Positions 1 through 10,609 of a stretch of DNA of 35,033 nt are shown here, one piece after another; the first letter of the stretch is position 1, and each line of letters starts with the position of its first letter. The notes beneath the pieces are model-generated. The model was given only the letters and a program-made list of their open reading frames with translations. It did no database searches and was not told the DNA's origin. The position numbers and the translations under genes were made by a program. The stretch comes from Octopus bimaculoides (taxonomy: Eukaryota), in the NCBI RefSeq assembly GCF_001194135.2, contig NC_068982.1:191763239-191798271 (forward strand), read 5' to 3'.

Positions 1-170
1 GGGGAGGGGTGTGAAGTAAAGGTGTTCTCTCCACAAGAAATTATGAAAGATACCAATGTTTGAGGGTCATGCTTCCCCACTTCATCCCAAGTCTTCCTGG
101 GTCTACCTCTTCCACAAGTCCCCTCCACTGTTAGGGTGTGACACATTTTCACACAGCTGTCCTCATTCGT
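1..170 (-). mobile_element. RTE-type non-LTR retrotransposon ORF 3' end fragment
   Basis: Reverse complement translates ...TNEDSCVKMCHTLTVEGTCGRGRPRKTWDEV..., the typical RTE-clade C-terminal GRGRPRKTW motif. It shares GTCTTCCTGGGTCT with the copy at ~32600. Confidence 0.7.
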
Positions 171-179
171 ACAGACATT

Positions 180-960
180 AAATGATGATGAAGATATAAC
201 AAAACCACTAAAAAACATAATGGAGGAGGGGAGACCCATCAACTCATCTGTTGCCAAAGGCCTACAAAAACTGTAACAGGAAATTAGTGTGCCTCCCTAC
301 GGACAAGTCTGGCAGACTGTCAATAGACAGCCCACAGAACTATGTCCAGACCATGCAACAACACATCGGTAGCATGAGAGAAGTTGCACCACAGGAACAG
401 GAAAGAGTGGAAAAACTTCTCAATGCACACATGGGAATGTGGTGCAACATACTCCAACTTATGAAAAGGATGGCACACAATTTCCAAGCATCCAACAATG
501 ATGTTCCTACACTATACAGGTTACATAAGTCCCATAAACCCTACACAAGCCCTCTTATGGGGCCTCCAACTCGGCCAGTTTGCAGAGTGAATATCTCCAA
601 ACAATTATAGGCTATCCTACTTCCTCTCATGTGTGTTACGACCACTCATTGAAATATGCCCGGATGTCTGTNNNNNNNNNNNNNNNNNNNNNNNNNNNNN
701 NNNNNNNNNNNNNNNNNNNNNNNNNNNNNNNNNNNNNNNNNNNNNNNNNNNNNNNNNNNNNNNNNNNNNNNAATGTGCATCTGAGAGAATATGTCGACAG
801 AAAACAGTCCTCCATATGCTACCAACATGGAGGCACACTGGGTTGACTTGATATCCGCATTTTATTCAAGCACCCAAAGGACCTGACACTCAGACAAATT
901 CAGGACTACGTCCTCATAAATGAAACTCCCCTCATACTAAATAGGAGATAGAAATAGAAG
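180..960 (+). mobile_element. Penelope-like retroelement fragment (RT N-terminus and GIY-YIG C-terminus, core hidden in a 100-N gap)
   Basis: ORF 251-610 has TDKSGRLSID...PTLYRLHKSHK...GPPTRPVC, resembling the PLE pre-RT P.LY.L.K.HK...RP motif. After the gap (672-771) a frame reads KHPKDLTLRQIQDYVLINETPLILNRR, like the GIY-YIG C-terminal RQI.E..I...P.LN motif. Confidence 0.65.
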
Positions 961-985
961 GTAATGAAACTCCAAAGCCCACAGT

Positions 986-1350
986 TTATACATACACAGA
1001 TAGATTTGTTAGTAGGCTGTTACATAAGTGAATATATATATATATATGTAGGTAAACAGATAGGTAAGTAGATAGATAGGTATATAGGTAATATGGATAG
1101 ACAAGCACACACACAAAAGGAGAGGGAAACATGATCATACACACACACACACATATGAAGACACATCCATACATAACAGAAACATGTACATAGTGACACA
1201 AACCCATATACAGACACTCAAACATGCACACACAAGGAGACAGAGGTAAACACACAAACACATGAATATGTAGAATACATAATACAAACATACACACATG
1301 CATACATACATGTGTATACACATACACACTGAAGCACACACATGCGCACA
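986..1350. repeat. Compound AT/AC/AGAT low-complexity microsatellite region
   Basis: (AT)n, (AC)n, (AGAT)-like and ACAT-rich runs are visible and generate spurious C/V/Y/M-rich ORFs. Confidence 0.85.
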
Positions 1351-1599
1351 AACAAAAGAATGCAGCTCCGATAATGGAGAGATTCAACAACTATTGAAGA
1401 GGTTGCAAGAAGCAACAAAAAAAATTAAAACCGAATATTGTTCTGGATCTTCAAGAGTTGTTACATCAATAGAATCCATTTGTGAAGGAGTTCAAGTCAG
1501 CAATACAAGGAGCAGTTCTGAGGACTTGAAAGTAAAGAATCAGAGCAGACAAAACTGCTTCTTCAGAACATGAAAGAAAATGTAGGCATATAAAAGAAA

Positions 1600-2695
1600 G
1601 AAGCCCATCAGTCCAACAACTCAGCGTTCATTTGGAGAATGGCCAAAAAGGTAGATTTTACCCATGAAAATGCTCAAACATTGATTGAAACTCCAAAGAA
1701 TACCAGTTTGATGGCATTTTAAAGAAGATGGATTTACCAAAACTCTACGGTGTCCAGAAGTTTATAAGTATTCTTCTTTCCAAAGAGGTCAGTTTCACAG
1801 AAGGAAGCTGGGAGAGACACATCCAACTGAACCAGGAATTAAAAAGTAACGATGTCTCAGCCAGAGTTTACATAGTTGTATTCAAATAATCAGGAATGCT
1901 TCAGTCTGAGACTGCTACTTCATCATGTTAGAGGACCAACATCTTTTGAGAGTTTCAAGATGGTTAACGGAGTCAGATGTGAAACTTACAAGCAAGCATG
2001 TCTCCTACTTGGTTTGGCTGGGAATGATGAGCATTAGGATCAGATACTTGACGAAGCTGCTGCAATTTGATCACCTAAGCAAATGAGAAACCTATTTACC
2101 ATCACGATTGCTACATGTGATCTTTCCAATCCCAAGGAACTGTAGGAGAAATATCAGGAATGTTTGAGTGAAGATATCCTCTGTCAAATGCAACTTGTTC
2201 GTCCAGGATTGAAAGACATGGCTATGAATCAAGAAGTTGCCAATTTGACATTGTATGAAATTGAAGACAAAGTTATTAATTTTCAAGCCAGGATGGTCTG
2301 GATGAGTTTGGATTGCTAAAGTCAAAGAGACAGGTGCATTTAACAAAGAGCTTCTTAGAGAAATGGGATCCATCATTCAGGATCTCGAAGCTTGTCGACA
2401 ATGAACCTTTTTCTTAAGCATGAACAGAGGAGGGAACTTTCTTTCTGGATGTTCCTGGTGGAACTGAGAAAACATTTCTTATGAATCTACTGTTGGCTGG
2501 CTTCAGTCAGAATGCAGAAAAAAGTGGCTTTTGCTGTGACATCATCTTGCATTGCTGCCACCCTTCTTCTTGATGGAAGAATTGCCCATTCCACTTTTAG
2601 CATTCCATTTAATTTGAAGAACTTTGAAAATCCAGTCTGCTCCATCAAAAGAGGAACCCACAAGGCTCAGCTTATAAAAAAACCCCAACTTTTCC
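1600..2695 (+). mobile_element. Helitron Rep/helicase pseudogene fragment
   Basis: With stops and frameshifts it translates to VHLENGQ..., CFSLRLLLHHVRGPTSFE...ACLLLGL...DE, FFLDVPGGTEKTFLMNLLL (degenerate Walker A) and IAATLLLDGRIAHSTFSIP (PIF1-type helicase motifs of Helitrons). It is truncated before the DE motif. Confidence 0.9.
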
Positions 2696-2879
2696 TCATC
2701 TTGATGTCTTTGGTTCTAGCCTCTGTCTTGCGTGAGTTGATTTCTGTTGGCTATAATTTTTGTTGTGTTATCAATATTGTTGTTCATTGCATTTGCTGGT
2801 TTCCCGTAAGGGAAACGTTGTTTTAAAAATTGATTGACATTTAGTTGTGTACTGTGACCCTCCCCCTCGCGGGGGAAGG

Positions 2880-4870
2880 AGATTTATGCAATTGCTACAA
2901 TATTGAACTTTAAACTTTGCTTAGGAAAAAAAAAATATTTGTTTAATTTTTTGTGTTGATGCAAAATTATGTCTTTGTCAGAAGAAATTGTTTCGAAAAA
3001 AATGAATTTTGCCGTCAATGTAGACGGATAAGAACATATTGACGTAAATATGGAAAACATAAAGAAATATTTTGAAATGATCTCGGAAGTAAATGGGGAG
3101 AGTAAGATTTCGTCCCCCAGCGAGGTGATTAACAGCATTAAAGAACGTACTATAGTATACAAAACATACAACACAGAGAAGAAAACCTTCAAATTTTTGG
3201 AAGAAAGTAGTGGGAAAATGCCTCGGGCATGTCATGAAAGAAGTGAAATATTTAGCCCGTGACACCAAATACGCAACAGTTGAAGCCAGATTCGAATCGA
3301 TTGAGAGAGCACAGAATCTCTCAACTCAAACCTTAACAAGTGGCAAAAAATGTTGTTGCCACTTTATCTGGGATGGAGGATGTCCAGGATAAAGATTCAA
3401 TATATACCGCCAGAGGTAGAAGTAGAGTGTATTATGAGGAAAAAATCCACATAATTCAGGTAAAGAGAAATGGCCCAACAAACTGGAAAGGGCAGACCCT
3501 TGAGATAGTGGTGCAGGCTTCCAGCCTCCACTTAGAAGACTTACCCGAGTCCATAAACATAAATGACAAAATTACTCCAATCCACGTTGAAGGACATAAA
3601 CCCAGGTGCTTCTATTGCAGAAAGAAGGGGCACCTAAGGTCCAAATGCTTGAAAAAGAAGGAAACTGAGGAACGAAATAAAGAAGTGGCACCACAGGTCA
3701 AAGAGGCAGTCACCCAACCGGTGACCACAGTGGCAGCATTGATGGCCAAGGAGACAGTGACTAAATCGGTGGCTGACGCAACTAAGAAATATAGTCTGAT
3801 AACCCAACCGGTGTCACCGGAGGCAGGGGAGGCCAATACGCAACCGATGGCCTCGGAGACCGTTCTAAAAGCGGTATCGGCATTATCCAACAAGATCCAA
3901 CTGGTAATTCAGCCAGTAACTATAGAGGCGGCGCCGACAACCATGGAGGTCGTTACGAAGCCAGCGTCCACCTCAAACAATAAGCCAACGACATCGAAGG
4001 CCAAGGAGGCCTATATTCAGCCAACAAGCACAGAAGCGGCACCAAAGGCCACGGAGGCTGGCACGAGGTCGGTGACAACCTCTGAAAACCAAGCCCCTCA
4101 GAGTAATGTGGAGGGGGCACTCGCGAACAAAGAAGCTACCTTATCAAAAGAGTCACCCTTNNNNNNNNNNNNNNNNNNNNNNNNNNNNNNNNNNNNNNNN
4201 NNNNNNNNNNNNNNNNNNNNNNNNNNNNNNNNNNNNNNNNNNNNNNNNNNNNNNNNNNNNNNNNNNNNNNNNNNNNNNNNNNNNNNNNNNNNNNNNNNNN
4301 NNNNNNNNNNNNNNNNNNNNNNNNNNNNNNNNNNNNNNNNNNNNNNNNNNNNNNNNNNNNNNNNNNNNNNNNNNNNNNNNNNNNNNNNNNNNNNNNNNNN
4401 NNNNNNNNNNNNNNNNNNNNNNNNNNNNNNNNNNNNNNNNNNNNNNNNNNNNNNNNNNNNNNNNNNNNNNNNNNNNNNNNNNNNNNNNNNNNNNNNNNNN
4501 NNNNNNNNNNNNNNNNNNNNNNNNNNNNNNNNNNNNNNNNNNNNNNNNNNNNNNNNNNNNNNNNNNNNNNNNNNNNNNNNNNNNNNNNNNNNNNNNNNNN
4601 NNNNNNNNNAAAAAGAGAAAAGGAAAAAGGAAAAAAGAGAGAAAAAAGGGAAAATGGAAAAAATAAAAGGAAAATAACCGGCAGGTCAATAAATTGAACC
4701 CTGATCATTTTCATCTAAATCATTTTAATTTTTAACTTTAAAAGTATATAATTATAAATTTTTAAACTCATACGCATCGTCCAAAGTTTTGCAAGATTTG
4801 TGTATGTCTGTCCAAAGTCCTTTGTTTTGTCCCTTCTATGTATAACCTTTATGGTTAATAAAGAAAAACT
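2880..4870 (+). mobile_element. L1/Tx1-type non-LTR element: frameshifted ORF1 (CCHC zinc knuckle) followed by a 3'UTR with polyA signal; no ORF2 seen
   Basis: Three overlapping frames (3050-3262, 3210-3392, 3340-4160) join into an ORF1-like protein with CFYCRKKGHLRSKC and an A/T/P-rich tail. After the 449-N gap come a Lys-rich end (TAA 4675-4677) and a 3'UTR sharing ACGCATCGTC...GTCCCT...AATAAAGAAA (AATAAA 4857-4862) with the Tx1 3' end at ~8890-8965. Confidence 0.6.
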
Positions 4871-4899
4871 TTGGTTTCAGACCTTTTTAGGTCTGGCCA

Positions 4900-5640
4900 C
4901 TGACCACACAAGACACCGCCAGTTCCAGCGACAACACAACAGCAGCCACATGGAGGCTCATCAACTTCGTCCAACAGCATTACGGCAACCTCCGTCTCTG
5001 TCGCCACCATTTGTCCTAACATCAACATCTCTACGTACTCGCCCTGGTTACAACACTGCACTGTTCGTGAATTACTTCACCATGGATCAACAGCGAATAT
5101 ACAACCTGCAAGAACTCCTGTACCAAGTGACCCAGGTAGCAGCATCACAGCCACAACTACACGTACGACATGTACCGCAACTGGCTCTGCATCATTGCTG
5201 CAACTTCTTGATACAGTATTTCAACTATCGTGTACAATTGACTACAAATTGGTATTTACCGTTCTTGTGCCTATGAACTTACTCCTCACTTTGATGGCTA
5301 CTGACTCTTTCACCGTCTCTTCTTCATCACCATCCTTATATGTTAACACACATACATCTATTCCTACATACACACGCATACATCTTGTTCTTATGACGTC
5401 CTGTCCATTATTCTGTATATATGACGCACACACAATCACGCATGTTAACATATCAATAAATCTTCTTCTCTTAAACATTCTGCCCGGTTGTGTCTCTTAT
5501 TTCCCTCTGGCACATATATGCATTGTTCTATTTATATTTATTGTATCGATCGTGTGATGTACTAAGGGGCCATTCTCATCACCTCACTCCGCACGGACAT
5601 CACAAGTCGGTGACCCGTTCCAGCTCCTTGAAACTACAAA
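4900..5640 (+). mobile_element. Probable LTR plus tRNA-Trp-like primer binding site of a second LTR element (internal part lost)
   Basis: TATA-like run at ~5416, AATAAA at 5455-5460, end ACATCACA at 5597-5604, then AGTCGGTGACCCG at 5605-5617 resembling the TGGTGACCCCG PBS. The region is GC-richer than its flanks. Confidence 0.4.
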
Positions 5641-6060
5641 ACAATTATAATGGGAGAAAGAGATACTCCACAGTAGGTATCTAAACCTACATGCCTGTTA
5701 GAAGAGCTTGAGATTTTAACACTTTTGTCTTGAAAGGATTTCACAAAAGAAAATCGTTTTGTTACAATGAATGTAAAAATAAAATGAGGAACAGCAAATG
5801 TGTTATAAATTGATTTTTCGCTCATTATTCTTAATTTCAAGTGGGCTGCAGAGCCTGAAGATGTAAATTTAGAACTTCAGATTTTAACACAGATGTTTTC
5901 AATGGATTTCACAATAAAAAGTATATTCTTGGAAACCTATTTCGAAAATCTGTGTAAAAAGTACATTTTTCACTCCACCCTAATGGACAGCAATGTTGCC
6001 CATGTTATACTCGAGTGTATCAGACTTGAAAGAGGCAGTTAAGACTTTGTAAATGTCCCG

Positions 6061-7281
6061 TGTAGGGCAGGATTCATGACAGACGAACTGTAGACGGATA
6101 CTTCACTGCGGGCGAGCTAGAGGAAGTTGGTCAGCAGTAAAAAAAAGGACTTCCAGAAAGGAGAATCAAAGCAGAAGACTGTCAACGGTGAGCGTGAAAC
6201 GAATCTGAGTGAACGAAACAGAAATAACTGACGACTTCAGCCCTGATGTACGTAAAGTAATAAAGCTTTGGTAAATGTATTCTTGTCTCCACTGGTTTGT
6301 TTGCGTGTAGCTTAAGAAAATTATAACTAGTGACCCTGACAATAGAACAACAGCTCTCGCTACAGAAACAAACATGACCAGCAACGAAACAACACTGAGG
6401 CTACCACAGTTCTGACCTGTGGTTCATGCAGGCGGATGCTCAATTCGATATAAACTAGGTAATGGCTGACCAAACAAAGTNNNNNNNNNNNNNNNNNNNN
6501 NNNNNNNNNNNNNNNNNNNNNNNNNNNNNNNNNNNNNNNNNNNNNNNNNNNNNNNNNNNNNNNNNNNNNNNNNNNNNNNNNNNNNNNNNNNNNNNNNNNN
6601 NNNNNNNNNNNNNNNNNNNNNNNNNNNNNNNNNNNNNNNNNCTCATAACTCAGACCAAAATCAAGGACAATTAGCAAAGGCAGCTGACAGACATTTTTTG
6701 TCCAGTGGTCTCCTGGTCAACGCCATAGGTTCGGCCCTGAAACGGGGTAGGGTTAAGCATGATGACCTGTGCTTCTACCATGCAAAGTTTGGAAAAAAGG
6801 CGACAAAATATAAACAACCATGTAGCTTCAGGACCCCTTCACCAGTGACCCAGGGAAACTCCAGGGTTGGCCGCTGTTGAACACCCTAGTGGCCGGCAGA
6901 CGTTATCGAACCTGCAGAGATTACTGTTGTCTCAACGCAGATACATCTGACTGCTACCCCATTCCAAACATACAAAATTTTTCAGCCCAGCCAGTTGGGT
7001 GCTTGGTTTTCTCCAAGGTTGACCTCATCCGGGGAAACCACCAAATACCAGTACAAGACTACGATGTACCGAAAACCGCTGTGATCACTCCGTTCAGTCT
7101 GTACGAATTGCTACGTACACCCTTTGGGCTGAGAAACGCAGCACAATCCTTCCAACGCCTGATGGCCACTGTGTGCAGGGGTCCTTGATTTTGTCTTTGC
7201 ATACTTAGATGACATCCTTATTGCAAGCTCAAACGCAGAGCTACATAAGAAGCCCCTAGTGACTCTTTTTGAGAGGCTTTG
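6061..7281 (+). mobile_element. Gypsy/Ty3 LTR retrotransposon, 5' LTR + PBS + gag + partial RT, internally deleted and 3'-truncated
   Basis: LTR begins TGTAGG (6061), has AATAAA and ends ~6327. PBS-like TAGTGACCCTGAC at 6328-6340 (tRNA-Trp type). gag from ATG 6374 reads LRLPQF*...WFMQADAQF and later LCFYHAKFGKKA..CSF. RT reads YPIPNIQ...FSKVDL...HQIP...KTAVITPF...PFGLRNAAQSFQR, followed by a frameshifted YLDDILIASS. Confidence 0.92.
6877..7281 (+). pseudogene. Gypsy reverse transcriptase fragment (stops/frameshift)
   Basis: RT core motifs as above. The YLDD lies in a different frame after the stop at 7186-7188. Confidence 0.9.
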
Positions 7282-7889
7282 AAAGAAACATTTCCTTGTA
7301 TAATTTATGGCTTCAGTGCATTTTGCCTTGATTTATCTTTTCTTTTTAACATTACCAGTAAAGGATAAATAAATTGATACACAATTATGTTTCCATTCCG
7401 TTTACATTTTATGTCTTACAGGTATATGATATTGGTTACTTATGTTTAGTTTTTACATTTAAGTTAAAATGTTTTTTGTGCATGAATGAAAACTCCGTGA
7501 TGTGATATCATAAACAGGCAGTATGAATCTTATCTAGCACTACCAATAAATTTGACAAAGAAGAATTAATTTTTTTCATAAACCAGTTAATATATATATA
7601 AATTGAAACAGCTGCAATGGATGATGATTAATTTTCTGTTAATAATAAACGATTATTAACTTCCCAATCTCCATTTTCTTTCTCTTCTTTTATATCAATA
7701 TAAAGTATATGTTTATATATATATACCTATTATTTTTAAGGGAATTAATTTCCCTAAAATACTAGGGATTGAACCAGTATTTCCTTGGATGAAACCATCC
7801 CTTCATGAGGTTAACACAACCTCTAATCGAAGTTAATAACTAACTTTTATTTATTGCTCTGGTATAAATATATAAAAGGACCATACTGG

Positions 7890-8100
7890 CAAAATGGGGA
7901 ATAATTGAAATTGATACATCTTTAAAGGATACACCCAAACCACTTAAGAATGTTTATTTGAAGGAACTAATAGCAAAAACCAATGAATTCATTCGCAGAC
8001 TCAGATGGTGAGCCTTGTACTTTGATAATAAACAAGACACAGAAAATATAAAAACCAACAGTGAAATGGAGAAAATATCTGGAAACTTCAAAACCACTTT
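7890..8100 (+). mobile_element. Penelope-like element ORF N-terminal fragment (second lineage)
   Basis: Translates IEIDTSLKDTPKPLKNVYLKELIAKTNEFIRRLRW*ALYF, matching the SLKNIP.P....Y...LI.K.E.FI.R.RWKA.F N-terminal motif of invertebrate PLEs. Confidence 0.7.
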
Positions 8101-8990
8101 GTGTCTCTAAGTGCTCACAGCTCTCAGCCAGTTGAGCAGTTGGTGGAAGCTCCATCTTAAGAGTTCTATAGGGGATTAGTGGAAGGCAAGAACGATGACA
8201 TTCTGGGGGAATCTCTGGGTGTTGCAGATGATTAGTTGGGTGGTCTTTTCCAGAGAATGTTCAGGCAGGGGCCCATGGATAATTTCCAGAAATTGCTGGC
8301 CTGGCAGTGCTCTACCAGTTTGAGACAAGCTCTATAGAAGTGCAGTCAGCTGGTCCTATCTGAGATGCACACAGAGTGATGACCCCTGTCCTACACACAC
8401 TCATATAGTGCCTGAGCACTGCTGACTTGTGGAGCTTTGTTGAACAGCTGTGGCCGCATGTGGGATGGATCTGACTATCGTCCGAGTCCATCATGAAGAT
8501 CACCCTTTAGCCAGGAAGGTCAGGCAGTTTTCCCCTGTCTGGCGGCTATGGTAAAAGAGTTTGTGTGGTGGACACGTCTGAAGACAGGCACTTTCCTCTT
8601 TGGCCAAAGATCCATTACCTTTTTTTTAGGTTCCACCTGAAAAGAAAGGTGAGGGTGGTGAGGGAGGTGCCGTTGCCAAGTTCATCGAAAGGTGGATGAA
8701 TGTGGCCAGGATGTCCTGTGTGAGTGAGCCTACACTAAGTATGCGCTTGTAGGCTGGGGAGGGTGAAGGGAAAAGGGGTGCCCTGAGTGATTGGGGTGTG
8801 TGGGGGTTCCTTGGAAGTTCCTGTTTGGATTCCCCCGCTTTTCGGGAATTTAATTGTCTGAATTCTATTGTTAATTGTTTTACTATTTACACGCATCGTC
8901 TAAACCCCACCGTCCCTTGTTTGTTTTTGTTTTTTGTGTGGGCCCTTGTCACCAATAAAGAAAGTATTATTATTATTGTTGTTGTTGTAT
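8100..8990 (+). mobile_element. L1/Tx1-type LINE ORF2 C-terminus + 3'UTR
   Basis: Decayed ...VLHTLI*CLSTADLWSFVEQL...FHLKRKVRV...FIERWMNVAR..., then a 3'UTR ending GGGCCCTTGTCACCAATAAAGAAA and an (ATT)/(GTT)n tail. Homologous to copies at 20210, 20940, 29500 and 32990. Confidence 0.75.
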
Positions 8991-9918
8991 GTCTCCCTCC
9001 GCATATAAGCAATACTATACAACTCTCCCACATATCACGGATAATAGCAAAGTGTCGTAAGTGTCAGATGAAATGTCATTCTTCCCAATCAACAATGGGT
9101 AAACTTATATGGCTCTTATGTAATTTATCAGAGATAATCATCTATATGTAAGGTGAAACGTATAGCTTATATATGGAGGGAAACATGCTACTGGAACAAA
9201 TGTAACCAATATTAAACTAATGCTATCTTCCTCTGTTTATATCACAGAGGTTCTGGTGCAGGCTTTGGCCTGGCCGGTTCTTGTGGTACCGTCCCACCCA
9301 TGCTAGCATGGAATAGAGACGTTAAATGGTGAGGATGTAGGCATCCCTTAAAAACACTAGTTATACCAGGAATAGGAACCTGGAGTTGCTGTATCAGGGG
9401 ACTTTCTTAAAGACCAGTCTTGACGTGGGGATAGCCAAGAATTTGGATTCCTGGGATATCACTCAAGCCAAAGTTAAATGAGGTTATGTAATATCTTCTG
9501 TTGCTGTAGAGCTCTATCAGTGATCATTGAGCCAAATTATCAAAAGCGTTTCACCTTTGACCTGGGCTTCTGTATCTAAGAGTTTCTTTTAAAACATTGA
9601 GGGAGATTTGGAAAATATTTCTGTCAGGTCAAACAACTGTATACAGGTCCCTTCTTCTTTTACAATGATGGTAAGAACCCATTACTGAAGTTAATTACAG
9701 CCTTATTAAAATTAACGAGTATATTTTTAGATGGAAATCATTAGCAGAGAAATACGAGATCAGTTTCAGTCTCTGACGTGGCATTCTTCTTGGAATATGT
9801 TTCATTTTTGTACAAATAATAAACTTAATTTTCACATCAATAAAATCAAATTTCTAAAAACAAATATTCCAAATTGAGATTTTGGAACTGAAAACCAAAC
9901 CAACCATTCTTGTCGTAA

Positions 9919-10098
9919 TCAACTTCCTGAGACATTAGAATTGGTTTTGGCTAATTTTTTTTTCTTCTCCTCAGCATCAATATCTATTATATACTGCATC
10001 AAATCTGTTAGATTTTTAAATTCTGTTCGACCTTCTTGGGGTTGTTTTTTTGGAACTTTTGGCATCAGGCTTTGAATTTTTTCTCGGAATTCTACCAA
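9919..10098 (-). CDS. TMEM242: TMEM242 coding exon 4 (last; stop TGA at 9921-9919)
   Basis: Acceptor ...ctgcttgtatttcAG. Translates LVEFREKIQSLMPKVPKKQPQEGRTEFKNLTDLMQYIIDIDAEEKKKKLAKTNSNVSGS*, similar to human MNDFRSKMQSIFPTIPK. 180 nt, phase 0. Confidence 0.92.
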   Translation of the reverse strand: MVEFREKIQSLMPKVPKKQPQEGRTEFKNLTDLMQYIIDIDAEEKKKKLAKTNSNVSGS

Positions 10099-10577
10099 CT
10101 GAAATACAAGCAGAAAGAGAAAATTGTTTAAAGTAATCCCAAAATGATTAATTCATCATCGTTAACATCCAAGGATGATGGTGATGAGGAAAATGTCAAC
10201 ATTCCTGTTAAAGCTTGTTTGTTGAGCACTAAATCAAATTATGTCAGTCTGAGTTTCAATGTGTCCAGGGTTGACACATTTACTCCAGTCAAAACTGATT
10301 ATATTCCCCACTCCCTCAGATCAAACTGGCTCTATTCCCCTCCCCACCAAATTTCTGTTCTTTTGCCCATCTTAGAAATCAAAGGTCTTTTTTTCCAAAT
10401 TCAACTTCATTTCTATTCACAGCTGGATGACTGCCTCAGCATATTGTCGTTGGTTGTAGGCCTATGTAGACAGATTGGCTGACTGTCGGTTGAACTGGAT
10501 GTTCTGATCACCAACTGATTAGACCACATCATCAGCTCATTGGACTATTATTTTAAAAAATCTTTTTACTTGTTTCA

Positions 10578-10609
<32 letters not shown>

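Noticed and set aside
580-851. ORFs spanning the N gap (also 4106-4714, 6360-6677, 14272-14496, 24473-24848)
   Set aside because: They are open only because N runs contain no stop codons, and frame continuity across gaps is unverifiable.
986-1418. Several C/V/Y/M-rich ORFs (also 22917-23538, 31731-32081, 33813-34085)
   Set aside because: These are translations of AC/AT microsatellites, not proteins.
7801-7835. Hammerhead-like segment upstream of the PLE ORF (GAGGTT-AACAC-AACCTC hairpin then CGAAG)
   Set aside because: The core CTGANGA and GAAA are not both present in the correct register. At best it is a dead relic; an Infernal HHR scan would settle it.
8009-8011. In-frame TGA in the PLE ORF as possible selenocysteine (reported for some PLE clades)
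   Set aside because: It falls at a position that is K/R in the RW(K/R)A motif, so it is most simply a point mutation in a truncated relic. No SECIS context is available.
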